From Paraspadella gotoi (taxonomy: Eukaryota > Animalia > Chaetognatha): a stretch of 64,000 bases of DNA. The notes below the pieces were generated by a model. That model did not search any database. It saw only the letters and a list, made by a program, of their open reading frames with translations, and had not been told where the DNA came from. Shown here piece after piece: positions 23,385-36,357 of this stretch. The stretch is from contig CM119263.1 of the NCBI GenBank assembly GCA_051294375.1, positions 11,280,443 through 11,344,442 of the forward strand, in the 5' to 3' direction. Position numbers and translations under genes: made by a program. How positions within the stretch are numbered: the stretch's first letter is position 1; each line of letters starts with the position of its first letter.

Positions 23385-24657
23385 GCCGAGAAGCATATCC
23401 TTTTCTACTACCAAATAATATAAACTCGTTATTATTGGCATTGTTGGCGCTGAAACCGCGCTACCACGCGTCGTTGAGTCTCTGGGGAGAATTCCTCATA
23501 AACGATTCTTACTGAAAACAAAAGGGACGGACGAGAATCCGAATAGAAAAAATGGTTCCCTCTATTTACTTTTATTCATTTTTGATTCGTCAAATTGTCC
23601 ATGTTTTCCCAGCGGCTGCTAGTATTCCTAATTGTTTTACTATAAATGTATAGTCTGGTTTAGACTACTTTCTACTTTTCCTTTTTATATGAAAATCTGT
23701 CTCAAAAAAAATTTCTCCTAACTTCACATTTTTTTCCCTCACGACAAAAAGAATTCAAAACAAAACCGTTTCTTTTTTTTTCTTGCCCCACTCCCATTCT
23801 TTTTTCTCTCTCTCGTCGACGCGCGATTGTCACTTGTTCGACTCGGAAGACCCCAAGAAAAAAAAAAAGAATTTCCTTTTCGCGCCTCGAGAGGGCAGAA
23901 GTCGGCCGAGGAGACGAACCAATTCCCCCGAGGGCCAGAGAGAAAGAGGAAAAATCCCAACAAAAGAGCAGCGACGAAACGACGGGGAAAATCGTCCACG
24001 TGGCGCGAACGAGATAAACAAAATGGCCGAATTCGAAATGACGCGAGAAACGGAAACGCATTTGTTTTCGCTCGTGAAGGATGAATTTAAAAAAAGAAAA
24101 ATTCTAAACCAGGATTTAGCTTTTAGATTTTTCACTGAAGAAAAAGTGAAAGAGGGTTTTGCTTTTATTCGAGGCCCGTTCAGTTCTGCTTTAAAAAAAA
24201 TGTGCAATGAATTTGCTCTTTTCATGCAATGGAGATTCTTTTACGTTTACATTTTGCCCGAAAATTATTCATGAAAATTTAAGTATTTATATTGAATTGT
24301 TTCAAAACATTAAACTTAGGTATCTTTGGTGTGAATTATTCGCGCTAAAGGCGTCTCATCTCTCCACTCGGGCCATTCTGTCTCCACGTCACGTTCTCAA
24401 AATTTCAACTCTTATCTCCCGTCATTAGTCGGTCCCCACCATGTATGCCTATTTATTTTTTTTGTTCAGTTTAATATAATTTTTTAGATAAAAAAATTAT
24501 GAGACAGAAAGTCCGATAGGAAAAATAGTTGACGGGAAGAAGAAGCCTCGCAATCGTGGTTTTACACAGTAGCCTCGAGAGAGTCGTGAAACCTCCAGAA
24601 AGGGAGTCTGTGGAGAGAGCCGGAGATGTGCGCGAGGAGATGAGAGAGAGAGAGAGA

Positions 24658-24712
<55 letters not shown>

Positions 24713-24800
24713 TCCCAGCGGCCAGGTGAATAACGTTTGGGACTGGGAAAAAGAAACATAAGCGCGCAATTTCATTTCCCCCACCTTTCTCTCTCTCTCT

Positions 24801-24837
<37 letters not shown>

Positions 24838-25916
24838 CTCTTTCTCTCTTCTCTCTCTCTCTCTCTCTCTCTCCTTCTCTTCTTGCTCTCTCTCTCTCTC
24901 TCTGTCTCTCCTTTTTTTTCTTCTCTTCAAAAAACCGACCTGAGCACGGTCAAGCTATAAAACCATAAACAGGTACTTAGACGAAATTTCAAGCCGGCAT
25001 ATTGCAAGGAGACCCTTTAATCTTTCATTCCGTAAGTCTTCAAAATGAATGAGCTCATGGTGGCTGGTGATTGTATTGGGCAATGACGGAGGCGACAAAA
25101 AATTACCATTCTGAATATTCTAGTGAATATTATGAATGTCACGTTTAAGATTCTGCCAAGAATTTAAGGTGCTTTGAAACTGGAGGCACGTTGTTGCAAT
25201 GAAGCAGCATCTGGCGAGACAGATAGAGAGAGATAAAGAGAGAGAGATAGAGAGAGAGAAAGAAAGAGAGAGAGAGGAGAGAAAAAAAAAAAAGGGGAAA
25301 CTTTTTTTTTTTTTTTTGCCCATAAACCCCTTTTTCAAACAAAAGCGCACGAGGGATTAAGTAAGGAAAAAGCATATTTTCCTCCAAAGGGTACAGGGCG
25401 GCTGGGGGGGGGGTGGAAGACGAGGTGAAGGACAAATCGGCGGGTCGCGACACGTGAGTCGTCGGCGACCTAACAAGTCCTCTTAGAGCAGATCGACGTG
25501 CGTAGTTGTTATTTTAGTGGGCGTGGCAGCGAAAAATGTCGTTTTTATTGTATTTGCTCGGGAATTTGTTTTCGGAAAAGAATTCGGAATAGAATAGAAT
25601 AGACTAGAATGGCGATAGTGTGAGAAATATGGGGCACAAGTGCAAGGTGGTGAAAAGATATGAAGTTAAATCATCATTAAAATTAAAATTCATATAAATG
25701 AGCTATCACGACATTCGGTTACAATAGTCGGGCGCCTCGAAACCAGAAGCTCACCGCCCGACGATGCATGCGTAAAGCGAGCAGGTGCTGCCAATTCCTC
25801 TGCCTTCAATTTTAAGAAGCCAACCGAAAACCGACTCCAATTAACTGAAAACACCAGACGCAGACTGTCTCTCTCTCTCTCTCTCTCGTGGGAGAGTATG
25901 AGAGAGAGAGAGAGAG

Positions 25917-25962
<46 letters not shown>

Positions 25963-25983
25963 AGAGAGAGAGAGAAGAGAGAG

Positions 25984-26020
<37 letters not shown>

Positions 26021-26954
26021 GAGGAGAGAGACAGTCTGCGTCTGGTGTTTTCAGTTAATTGGAGTCGGTTTTCGGTTGCTTCTTAAAATTGAAGGCAGAG
26101 GAATTGGCAGCACCCTGCTCTCGCTTTACGGCATGCTCGTCGGGCGGTGAGCTTCTGGTTTCGAGGCGCCCGACTATTGTAACGAATGTCGTGATATCTC
26201 ATTTATATGAATTTTATTTTAATGATGATTTAACTCATATCTTTCACCACCTTGCACTTGTGCCCCATATTTGCTCTACACCTATCGCCATTCTAGTTCT
26301 GTCTATTCCCGAATTCTTTTCCGAAAACAAATTCCCGAGCAAATACAATAAAAACGGACATTTTTCGCTGCCACGCCCACTAAATAAAACAACTACGCAC
26401 GTCGTCTGCTCTAAGAGGACTTTTAGGTCGCCGACGACTCCACGTGTCGCGACCCGCCGATTTGTCCTTCACCTCGTCTTCCACCCCCCCCCCAGCCGCC
26501 CTGTACCCTTTGGAGGAAAATATGTTTTTCCTTACTTAATCCCTCGTGCGCTTTTGTTTGAAAAAGGTTATGCAAATCCTCTCCCTCTCTCTTTCTCTCT
26601 CTCTCTCTATCTCTCTCTCTTTATCTCTCTCTATCTGTCTCGCCAGATGCTGCTTCATTGCAACAACGTGCCTCCAGTTTCAAAGCACCTTAAATTCTTG
26701 GCAGAATCTTAAACGTGACATTCATAATATTCACTAGAATATTCAGAATGGTAATTTTTTGTCGCTCCGTCATTGCCCAATTCAATCACCCGCCACCATG
26801 AGCTCATTCATTTTGAAGACTTACGGAATGAAAGATTAAAGGGTCTCCTTGCAATATGCCGGCTTATAAATTTCGTCTAAGTACCTGTTTATGGTTTTAT
26901 AGCTTGACCGTGCTCAGGTCGGTTTTTTTGAAGAGAAGAAAAAAAAGGAGAGAC

Positions 26955-27036
<82 letters not shown>

Positions 27037-27135
27037 AAAGAGAGAGAGAGAGAGAAAGGTGCGGGAAATGAAATTGCGCGCTTATGTTTCTTTTTTCCCA
27101 GTCCCAACGTTATTCACCTGGCCGCTGGGATCTCT

Positions 27136-27212
<77 letters not shown>

Positions 27213-29052
27213 ACACTCCCTTTCTGAGAGGTTCACGGACTCTCCGAGGCTACTTAACCACGATGCGAGGCTCTTATCTTCCCGTCACTATTTTTCCTAT
27301 CGACTTTCTTGTCTCATAATTTTTTTATCTAAAAAATTATATAAACTGAACAAAAAAAAATAAATAGGCATACATGGTGGGACGACTAATGACGGGAGAT
27401 AAGAGTTGAAATTTTGAGAAACGTGACGTGGAGACAGAATGGCCGAGTGGAGAGATGAGACGCCTTTAGCGCGAATAATTCACACCAAAGATACCTAAGT
27501 TTAATGTTTTTAAACAATTCAAATTAATACTAAATTTTCCATGAATAATTTTCGGGCAAAATGTAAACGTAAAAGAATCTCATTGCAGAAAAGAGCAAAT
27601 TCATTGCACATTTTTTTAAAGCAGAACTTAACGGGCCTCGAATATAAAAGAAAACCCTCTTTCACTTTTTCTTCAGTGAAAAATCTAAAACTAAATCCTG
27701 GTTTGCGAATTTTTCTTTTTTAAATTCCTCCTTCACGAGCGAAAACAAATGCGTTTCCGTTTCTCGCGTCATTTCGAATTCGGCCATTTTGTTATCTCGT
27801 CGCGCCACGTTGACGATTTTCCCCGTCGTTTCGTCGCTGCTCTTTTGTTGGGATTTTTCCTCTTTCTCTCTGGCCCTCGGGGAATGGTTCGGCTCCTCGG
27901 CCGACTTCTGCCTCTCGAGGCGCGGAAAGGAAATTCTTTTTTTTTTTCTTGGGTCTTCCGAGTCGAACAAGTGACAATCGCGCGTCGACGAGAGAGAGAA
28001 AAAAGAATGGGAGTGGGGCAAGAAAAAAAAGAAACGGTTTTGTTTTGAAATCTTTTTGTCGTGGGGAAAAAAATGTTAAGTTAGGAGGAGAAATGTGAGA
28101 CAGATTTTCATATAAAAAGGAAAAGTAATAAAAGTAGTCTAAACAGACTATATATTATTAGTAAACAATTAGGAATACTAGCAGCCGTGGGAAAACATGG
28201 ACAATTTGACGAATCAAAAATGAATAAAAGTAAATAGAGGGAACCATTTTGTTCTCTTCGGATTCTCGTCGTCCCTTTTGTTTTCAGTAAGAATCTTTAT
28301 GAGGTTCTCCCAGAGACCAACGACGCGTGGTAGCGCGGTTCAGCGCCAACAATGCCAATAATAACGAGTTTATATTATTTGGTAGTAGAAAAGGATATGC
28401 TTCTCGGCTGATTTGAGATGAAGAATTGAGAGAGAATTGAGAAATTGAGAGAATTGAGAGAATTGTGAATTGAGGAGAATTGAGAAAATTGAGAGAATTG
28501 AGAAATTGAGAGAATGAGAGAATTGAAGAATTGAAAGAATTGTGAAGTGGAGAATTGGAAATTGATGAGAATGAGGAATTGGAGAAATTGAGATAATTGA
28601 GATAATTGAGAGAATTGAGAGAATTGTGAGAAGAATTTGAATTAAGAGAATTTGAGAAAATTGAGAGAATTAGAAAAATTGAGGAGAATTGAGTTGTAGA
28701 ATTGAGAAAATTGAGAGAATTGAGAGAATGAGAATTCAGAAAATTGAGAGAATTGAGAGAATTTGATGAGAATTGAGAGAATTTGATGAGAAAATTGATA
28801 AGAAAATTTAATTGTGGAAAATTGAGAATGAGAAAATTGAGAAAATTGAGAATTGAGAGAATTGTAGAGAAAATTGAGAGAATTGAGAGAATTGTGTAAT
28901 CTCATAATAGGAATTCCTGGTCCAGACTGTTCTCTTCGTATAACGATCTCTCCCCGTCGTTTCTCTATTTTTCCGAGTTTTCTATTTTTTTTTCGACTTT
29001 CTTTTCCATTGTATCGAAATTGTTTTTTTAAACGATTCGATTCTCTCTCTCT

Positions 29053-29106
<54 letters not shown>

Positions 29107-29592
29107 TTGAAGATATTTGTTTGTTATTGTTATGTTGTATGGTAAAAGTTTAAATGTTAGAAACTAGAAATGAAGTCAGCGATCTAAGTCTGGAGCCGTG
29201 AAAACCCAGTGACGAAATGTTTTGTAATCGAATCAAACGACGAGAAAAAAAAGAACAAAACCGGTTTTTTTTTTTTCTGTTTTGGTTGAAACGTTCCGCT
29301 CGAACTCCGATTCAGACGAGTTAGACACTGCATTCAGAGGAACACGTTTTTTTTTCTGGACAAATATCTAATCAATGAAGAAGTATTTAAAACACAAAAC
29401 ATCTTGGGTCTACTATGCTGCCAAAACATCGATTAAAATAGGTAATTCGAGTTTAGAACTAAACGAGAAAGAAATTATGTTTGTTGATATACAAAATAAG
29501 TCGCAAATTTTCAAACGCGAAATAGGCAAAGACGTTTTCCGAAATCCCCCTGTGGGACAAAAACACACAGAGAAAGACGAGAGAGAGAGAGA

Positions 29593-29637
<45 letters not shown>

Positions 29638-30189
29638 TGGGAAATCCTGGTTTAGAACAGCACCATAACAGATGTTGGAGGCTGAACTGCGTATATATTT
29701 TCGTACGTTATTTTTAGAACGTGATTAAAGACAAAAGTCAAGCTTATGTTGAGTCAAAGATATTTGCAGCGAAAATGATATAATATTCATATTAAGTTCA
29801 CTTATTTTTGCAAAAAGGAACAAATATTTGAAAGACGGCTTAAAATATTCTGACCGTCGTCGTCTGCTATTAACAAAAGAAGGGGCGCCCAATCTTTCTC
29901 TATATATATCTCTCTCCCTTTCTTGCTCTCTCTTCTTTTCCCTTTTCCTCTTCTTCTCTATCCTTATAATATCTTTCTTTGCTTTTCCCACTGCCCTTCC
30001 TCTTTCTGTTAATTTCCCCCAATTCTCACTGCTCCTTTCTCCTTTCCTTTTTTCTTCCCAAAAACTCCCTTTCTTCTCCGCTCATATGTCATTTCTGTTT
30101 CTCTCAGGCTTCGTTTGACGCCAAAAGCGCTCGTCCTCTTTTTCCCCCAGGGATCCGACCGGCAAACAACGACAACAGCGCGAAGGAAG

Positions 30190-30668
30190 ATGAGACTGTC
30201 AAACTCGTTGTTTCGCCTCATCGACGTCGTCGTCGTCGTCGTCTTTTGTTCCTCTTCCGGCTGGGCGAGGAGCGCCGGAAATCTTTTGCGAGGGCGGACA
30301 GTTTGGGCTCGTCACCGACAGAGATCGGAAAACGCCCTCTGTCGCCATGAGATGTGAAGACGGGCGGAATCGAAGAGACGGCGCGGAATCGGACGAGAGA
30401 GTCCGGACAAACGGAGCGGCCGAGACCGGAGAGACAAAGGACGGCCGAGACCGGAGAGACAAGCGGAAACGAAGAAGGAGGCGGAGAAAGAATCTTTTGC
30501 CGGAAGAAAAAAAATAAAAAGGATTTGGGAATCGCGAAGAACGCCAAGTGCGGAGCATGACGACGACGACGACGAGACGACGTCTCGAAAAAGATCGTCT
30601 CTTCGATTATTGATCCCTCCTTCGTCATCTCGACGATGAGAACGCGAATTTCGCTTCCGTTTCGATGT

Positions 30669-30709
<41 letters not shown>

Positions 30710-32503
30710 CGACGACGACGACGACGATGACGCGTTCGTCGTATTCTCCGTCGTAAAAGTTTCGAGGCGAACCGAAGCGGAAAACAAAGGAGAGGAAAGA
30801 AAAAAATGGGAATTTTGATTTTGTCGCGAACGCATCTCGTCCGGCGGAATCGATTTCGTCGAAAGATTCGCCGGAAAAATGTTGAAAAAAGATTCTTCCG
30901 GCGGCGTCGCTTCCACTTCCGGCGGCGTTCTCTCGGCGTCTTTTTCCACTTCCGGTCGCCTCGTACTCTCGCGCCACTCGTCGCCACGACTAAGACGGGG
31001 GCCGTGGTTTCTGACGATCGCCGTAGACGACGATGGAATTCAAAACGGAACTCGACAAAGGCGTCGTTTCGATGTCTCGTGGAACGGCGGCGCGCGGATC
31101 CGTTGGTCCGCCGTTTTTGGCCTTTTACCTCTCAGTTTTCTGTTGGAGCGACGTCTTTCTCAATTGGCTTCTGTGGGGATATTCGACGATCAAAAGTTCA
31201 CGGAGGAATCACGATGTGAGAATCAGGTTGACGCCACATGAAACTTGAATCCAATGCCGATAGATTGACGTCGACGACGACAAAATGACGAGGACGAGAA
31301 ATTGACGTGAACGTCAACGGACATTCCGTAACTCCATCGTAATGACGAGGATAACGAAATTCGTTCAACGTCGTCCCTCTCCCACACAGTTTCTCGCCAG
31401 AGTAGGACGCCGCCTCCTTTCCGTCACTCATCCCGTCATCGTTCTCGTCGTCGGCGTCGTCGATCCGTGCCCGCCATCTACATCTCTCACCGAGGCATAA
31501 GTTGCCGACTTAAGACCGGCGATCAGGACTTTTTGCTACTTTAACGAAAAATGTTTCTACCCGGGACTCTGGAGCATCTCCTTTGGCGATTGTTCTCTAA
31601 CGCGTCTTACTTGGTCACCGGCGTGGCGCTGACGCTGATCGCCCTTTGGCATCGGCGCGGTGCCGACGCCACGAAGGCGGCGAAGAGAATCTAGTGCGGG
31701 TAGACTCATCCAGGTCCTACCCTGGCGGCGGGTTTGGCCCTGATTATGACGGGAGTCTTCTCATTCATCTACCACCTCTGCCCTTCCAAGCGCGCCGCCG
31801 TCGACTTTGACAGAGTCTTCCCTCTGCACGTGCTGGGCCTCTTTGCCACGAGTCTCCTTAGAAGAATTTCGAGAGAGTCCATCATTTCGATCTTTCTCCA
31901 CCCTCTCTAGACTATTTTGTTATAATTTTCCCCGGGCAGATCGTGTTGCTTCTCGGCTCTATCGACGAACGCTATCCACTTTGTTATCTCGTGCTGCGTC
32001 TTGTCGTCTGGGTTTTGCTGCTGCTCTTGTTGCGCCGGTGGACCGGCAAATGCCCGCTCTTCCACAATAATCGGCATAATCGTCTTTCTTTACTTCTAGA
32101 TTCTGGTTTTTGTATTGACGCCTAAAGCATACAAGGCTTTGTTCGCCGCCTACGTCTCCGCTTCTCTGTGTTTGTCATTTGTATCGGAGTGTATTGAGAG
32201 TGCAACGCGGGCTCTTGTGTCGCGAGCGCCTGCGCCGTATCTCTGGCTACGCCGGCAATCTTGACGCTCGTCTCGTCTCCTTTGTATCTCTTCGTCTCTA
32301 TGACACGATTCAAAAATAGCGGGAAACCCGTGGATCGAGGCGGCCAACCGGAACTGTCTGGTTCGGCGGCTGGCGTTGGGGCCGCATGACGCGTGGCACT
32401 TCTTCACGAGTCTCGGTCTCACGCCGTCGCGCTGAGGATTCACATGATCTAGGCGGCCGTGTGGCAGATGTCGCCGGAGTGCGGATTTTGCTATCGACGA
32501 TGA
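30190..32503 (+). pseudogene. Frameshifted second copy of the SID-1-like gene in the inverted arm; probably an error-rich read copy rather than a true pseudogene
   Basis: Colinear reverse complement of 21508-19209 with many 1-3 bp indels. ORF fragments 30879-31241 and 31943-32125 reproduce pieces of the protein (KDSSGGVASTSGGVLSASFSTSGRLVLSRH; LLGSIDERYPL). Confidence 0.6.
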
Positions 32504-33734
32504 GAATGAATTTGTGCAACTCAGCTCCGCGGGCATTCTAAAAAAAAAAAAAAAATTCGTGCAAGCTTTAATTATTTATTCCTGTTGCAAAATAATTTCA
32601 CTGTATTACTGGACAGCAATTTCTTTTTTTTCTCCATTGGTTATTATTATCTTACGAATTTGTATTTATTTAAATTTATTAATAAATATACTTTAGTATG
32701 TACTATTCAGTTTAGTTATTTTCAAATTAATTAAAATTAATTTATCCAACTAAAGGTCAAAAGGATTTAAGTGTGATTGTCCGTGACGTTGATTAATTAA
32801 CTAATGTCGAAGCCCGTAGATTCTTCGCGATATTCCAAAATTCGGTTATTACCTATACCAGTCTTAATATATATATTGATGTCTTTCACTGTCTCATTGC
32901 ATCGGCCAGTGACCGTGCTTTTAAAGGGCAAACACCAACGGAAGGCTACGCATATCATTTCGTCCTGCCTTGGTAGTACCCGCTAATAAAACGTTAAGCT
33001 GCTTGCTATTTTTAGCTTATCCTTACTTTCCTTTCCCCCCTCCCTCCTTTTCCGCCTATCGTTGGTTTCCTGGTTATGACTACTACTAAACTTAGCCCGA
33101 CGCCTTTAGTCAATGCTTAATCTTCCTACCGACTGCCGAAGCCCTCCCTTCTCATTCTCTAGCCCAAGACCCCCCCCTTTCACATTTCTCCATCACCTCT
33201 TCCCCCCCCCGCCCCTTTACCCCTCGTTACGCTGCTCCTTTGAATCCCTTAAGCCTTCCAACCACCGCCACGTTTCCCCAGAACCATTAAAGACTTTCGC
33301 TCCCCGTAAAAAAAACGTCATTTCCCGCCCTTTTGCCGCTGAGATTTTGATAAACGGCCCTTTAAAATTCCACGACCACCCTCTGGTCGGTGAGGAAAAC
33401 GAATTTTTTAACTAACCCCCCCAACCATTGTTTTCAACGACCATTTTTTTTTTTCTCATTATGCATCTCTGTCGAGCCTTTTTTTTTTTTACTTTGTAAC
33501 ACCGAATCCAAAACGGTAATCTCTAAACTTATTTGTAAACCGGTTAAATAAACTTGTTTTTAATATAATTGTTATTTATCTTGACGTATATGTCGGATGA
33601 GCATAAAGCTAGTAGTAATATAAGGGCATTTAATATGTATATTTAGTTAAGTCTATATGACCGTTTGAAAGCGTAGTACTAATGTATAGTGGTCCGAGTG
33701 AGCAATGAAAGGAGGGGGTGGGAGGAAAAGTAAA

Positions 33735-34700
33735 TTGATGCGAGATTTAGAGTCCTTGAGTCCCCTTTCTTTTTATTAATGTATTAAACGACCAGGTACA
33801 TCCAGGTGTAGTATTAATCTCGCCATAGTATCCCATAGTATCTAGGGCATTAAAGTTTCGCCAAAGGTACCCGGTCAAAATGTGAATTGATGCCGAGATT
33901 TTTAGAGTCCTTGAGTCCCCTTTCTTTTTATTAAAGGTACAAACGACCAGGTACGTCTAGGTGTGTGTATTAATCTCGCATAAGTATCTAGGTATTAAAG
34001 TTTCGCCAGTTACCCGTCAAAAAAAAATGTATAAAATTTGGCGAATTTTAGAGTCTTGAGTCCCCGTTCTTTTATTAGTGGTATAACGACCGTGTACATC
34101 ACGGTGTAGTATTAATCTCGCCATAGTACTTAGGTATTAAAGTTCGCCAAGTACCCGGTCAAAATGTGAATTGATGCGAGATTTTAGAGTCCTTGAGTCC
34201 CTTCTTTTTATTAAGGTACAAACGACCGTGTACATCCAGGTGTAGTATTAATCTCGCCCTAGTACTTAGGGTATTAAAGTTTCGCCAAAGTACCGGTCAA
34301 AAAAAGTAAAAAATTTGGCGAATTTTAGGAGTCCTTGAGTCCCCCTCTTTTTTATTAAAGTACAAACGACCGTGTTACATCCAGGTGTAGTATTAATCTC
34401 GCCATAGTACTAGGGTATTAAAGTTTCGCCAAAGTACTCGGTCAAAAAAAAGTAAAAATTTGGCGAATTTAGAGTCCTTGAGTCCCCGTTCTTTTTATTA
34501 AAAGGTACAAACGACCAGGTACGTCTAGGTGTAGTATATATCTCGCCATAGTACTAGGTATTAAAGTTTCGCAAAGGTACCCCGTCAAAAATGTGAATTG
34601 ATGCGAGATTTAGAGTCCTTGAGTCCCCTTTCTTTTTATTAAAGTTTACAAACGACGTGTATGTCTAGGTGTAGTATTAATCTCCCCATAGTATTTAGGG
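33735..34700 (+). repeat. Tandem array of ~7 x ~143 bp units with two variants
   Basis: Recurrent unit agagtccttgagtcccc-ttctttttatta-ggtacaaacgacc-gtgtagtattaatctcgccatagtac-ggtattaaagtttcgcc-gtacccggtcaaaa. Unit starts lie near 33736, 33889, 34038, 34172, 34316, 34460 and 34599. The linker variants are atgtgaattgatgcgagattt and aaagtaaaaatttggcgaattt. Confidence 0.93.
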
Positions 34701-34704
34701 TACT

Positions 34705-34826
34705 ACTTTAATACCTCAAAAGTACCGTGGCGAGATTAATACTACCCTATGACATACACGGTCGTTTGTACCATTAATAAAGAACGGGGACTCAAGGACT
34801 CAAAATTCGCCAAATTTTACTTTTTT
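34705..34826 (-). repeat. Inverted copy of the 143-bp unit closing the array (hairpin-capable)
   Basis: actttaatacct...ggcgagattaatactac...gtcgtttgtacc...ggggactcaaggactc...attcgccaaattttacttttt is the reverse complement of the array unit and directly abuts the last forward copy. Confidence 0.9.
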
Positions 34827-35406
34827 CGCCTCTTTATTTTCACGCATGTTCATGTTTTTTTATGTATAAACTTTTCAAGAAATTTGAAACTATTTCTTTA
34901 TTTCATTGTATGTTTTTTTTTTACTTAATATTATTACAAAGCTAATTTTTTTATTCATCCCTTTGCTAAATTTTCCTATCTCTTAAGATTTTTCCTATCT
35001 GCGAGGGAAAAATTTTTGGTCAGGCAAAAAAAAATTTCGCACTAAGCTAAAAATTTTCATTATTACAAAAATTGTGAAATAGGAGGAGGAAGAGGAGGAA
35101 GAGTAAATTGACTATTTAAACCAAAAACTTGATCGCGAAATTCATTTTCGTGTTTTTGCGTTTTCTCGTTCGCATCTGTTTTTTTTTTTGCGTAAAAATG
35201 ATGTCGAAGACCAAAAATGATGACAAAGAATTCATACCTAAGGCACCCAAAGTTTAAATGCGGCTCTTTCTGGTTGCATATTTGGTGCGAGTCATTGTGG
35301 TAAATCCACGTTTATTAAAAGTGAGTCGCCGCTGGCTGTACATAAAAATTCGAAAAAAATATTTCAAAAAATTATTTAAATTTTATATCATTTTATTCAA
35401 TCAGAT

Positions 35407-36139
35407 TTACTTTAGAAAAGGATGTCCAATTTGAAGGCATAGTAGAATCTCATTTACATCCACAGCAGAGAGGAGGATAACATAAAAGAATGAAAGAGCA
35501 TTTCCCCGTGGAATTTTTTTGACTGATTTCCTCCAGATCTGGTATCGCTCGTGATACCAGGAAGACCAATCTTGGTCATCGACGACAAAATCGAAGAGAT
35601 CCAAAAAGACAAGCATATTCAGAGGGTCAATTACACGATCGCATCGATTGATGCCCACCACAGCAAATTGCGGCAGTGTTTCTTACGTTACAAAATATGG
35701 ACCTTTGTATAAGTCACACCACTAAATTCCGCCGTCATCAGGCGTCTCACCCGTATTTTTCAGAAGTTTGAACCACCCTGTCCAACCTTAAGCATTTCAT
35801 GAAGCAATCTCTCTGATCTAAAAAAGGGTCAATCATTATACGACGTTTACAAAGGGTCACACTCAAAGGGAAACCATTCTCTTATATAGTTGTCTGTTTG
35901 TCACCCCCTCTTTCGTTAAACCAGAAAGTTACAGCACATCCTGTTTTGTGACGCCGATAACCCATTAAGAAGTTATCACCACAAGATGAACTAGGACTGA
36001 GACTAGACGAAAATGAAATATTGTCATAAAGCAAACATTCTAAAGGCGTTGCATAAAAAAATTTAAAGACAGGGCGATTTTCGTTGGTTCGGGTCCTAAT
36101 GAAGTTATCAAAAAGTTTTGCTTGAAATTTTAAAAACAT
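35407..36139 (-). pseudogene. Interrupted ORF of unknown function (~240 codons) within the candidate element
   Basis: ORF pieces 35882-36139 and 35407-35661 are bridged by further non-repetitive coding-like stretches (NGFPLSVTLCKRRIMIDPFLDQRDCFMKCLRLDRV). The breaks may be read errors. No family recognised. Confidence 0.35.
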
Positions 36140-36357
36140 TACATAACAATAAGCTTAAGGCACTGCTTTGGTAAAAAAAACACAAAAGAACAAATAAAAT
36201 CATTTAAAGACTTGGTCAGTTATCTTACAGGGTAAAGCAAAGTTTGCAAAAAAAAAGAAAAATGCTGAGCAGTCCGCCTAATTTAAAGAATAATTTATAA
36301 ACTAGTCTTGAGTGACTTTTTTAAAAATTGTACTACGATGTCAAGTAGGTAAACATA

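Larger units (their letters stand above)
18147..33610. repeat. ~7.7-kb-arm inverted duplication (18147-~25887 vs ~25900-33610) centred on a (CT)n/(AG)n microsatellite
   Basis: Outer ends: agctttatgctcatccgacatatacg at 18147 is the reverse complement of cgtatatgtcggatgagcataaagct ending at 33610. Inner ends: accagacgcagactgt(ct)n and (ag)n acagtctgcgtctggt. The track has mirrored ORF pairs, e.g. 22051-22329(-) with 29375-29668(+), and 18383-18592(-) with 33113-33415(+). Confidence 0.97.

Noticed and set aside
25870-25910. PacBio SMRTbell adapter remnant at the palindrome centre
   Set aside because: Only the generic CT/AG flanks resemble it. The adapter's internal TTTTCCTCCTCCTCCGTTGTTGTTGTT is not present.
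33605-33615. Breakpoint coincides with a HindIII site (AAGCTT at 18146-18151), suggesting a Hi-C ligation junction
   Set aside because: A fill-in junction would read AAGCTAGCTT; the sequence reads AAGCTAGTAG.
33735-34700. Regularly spaced repeats as a possible CRISPR array
   Set aside because: The whole ~143-bp unit is repeated, with no unique spacers and no cas genes, in a eukaryotic context.
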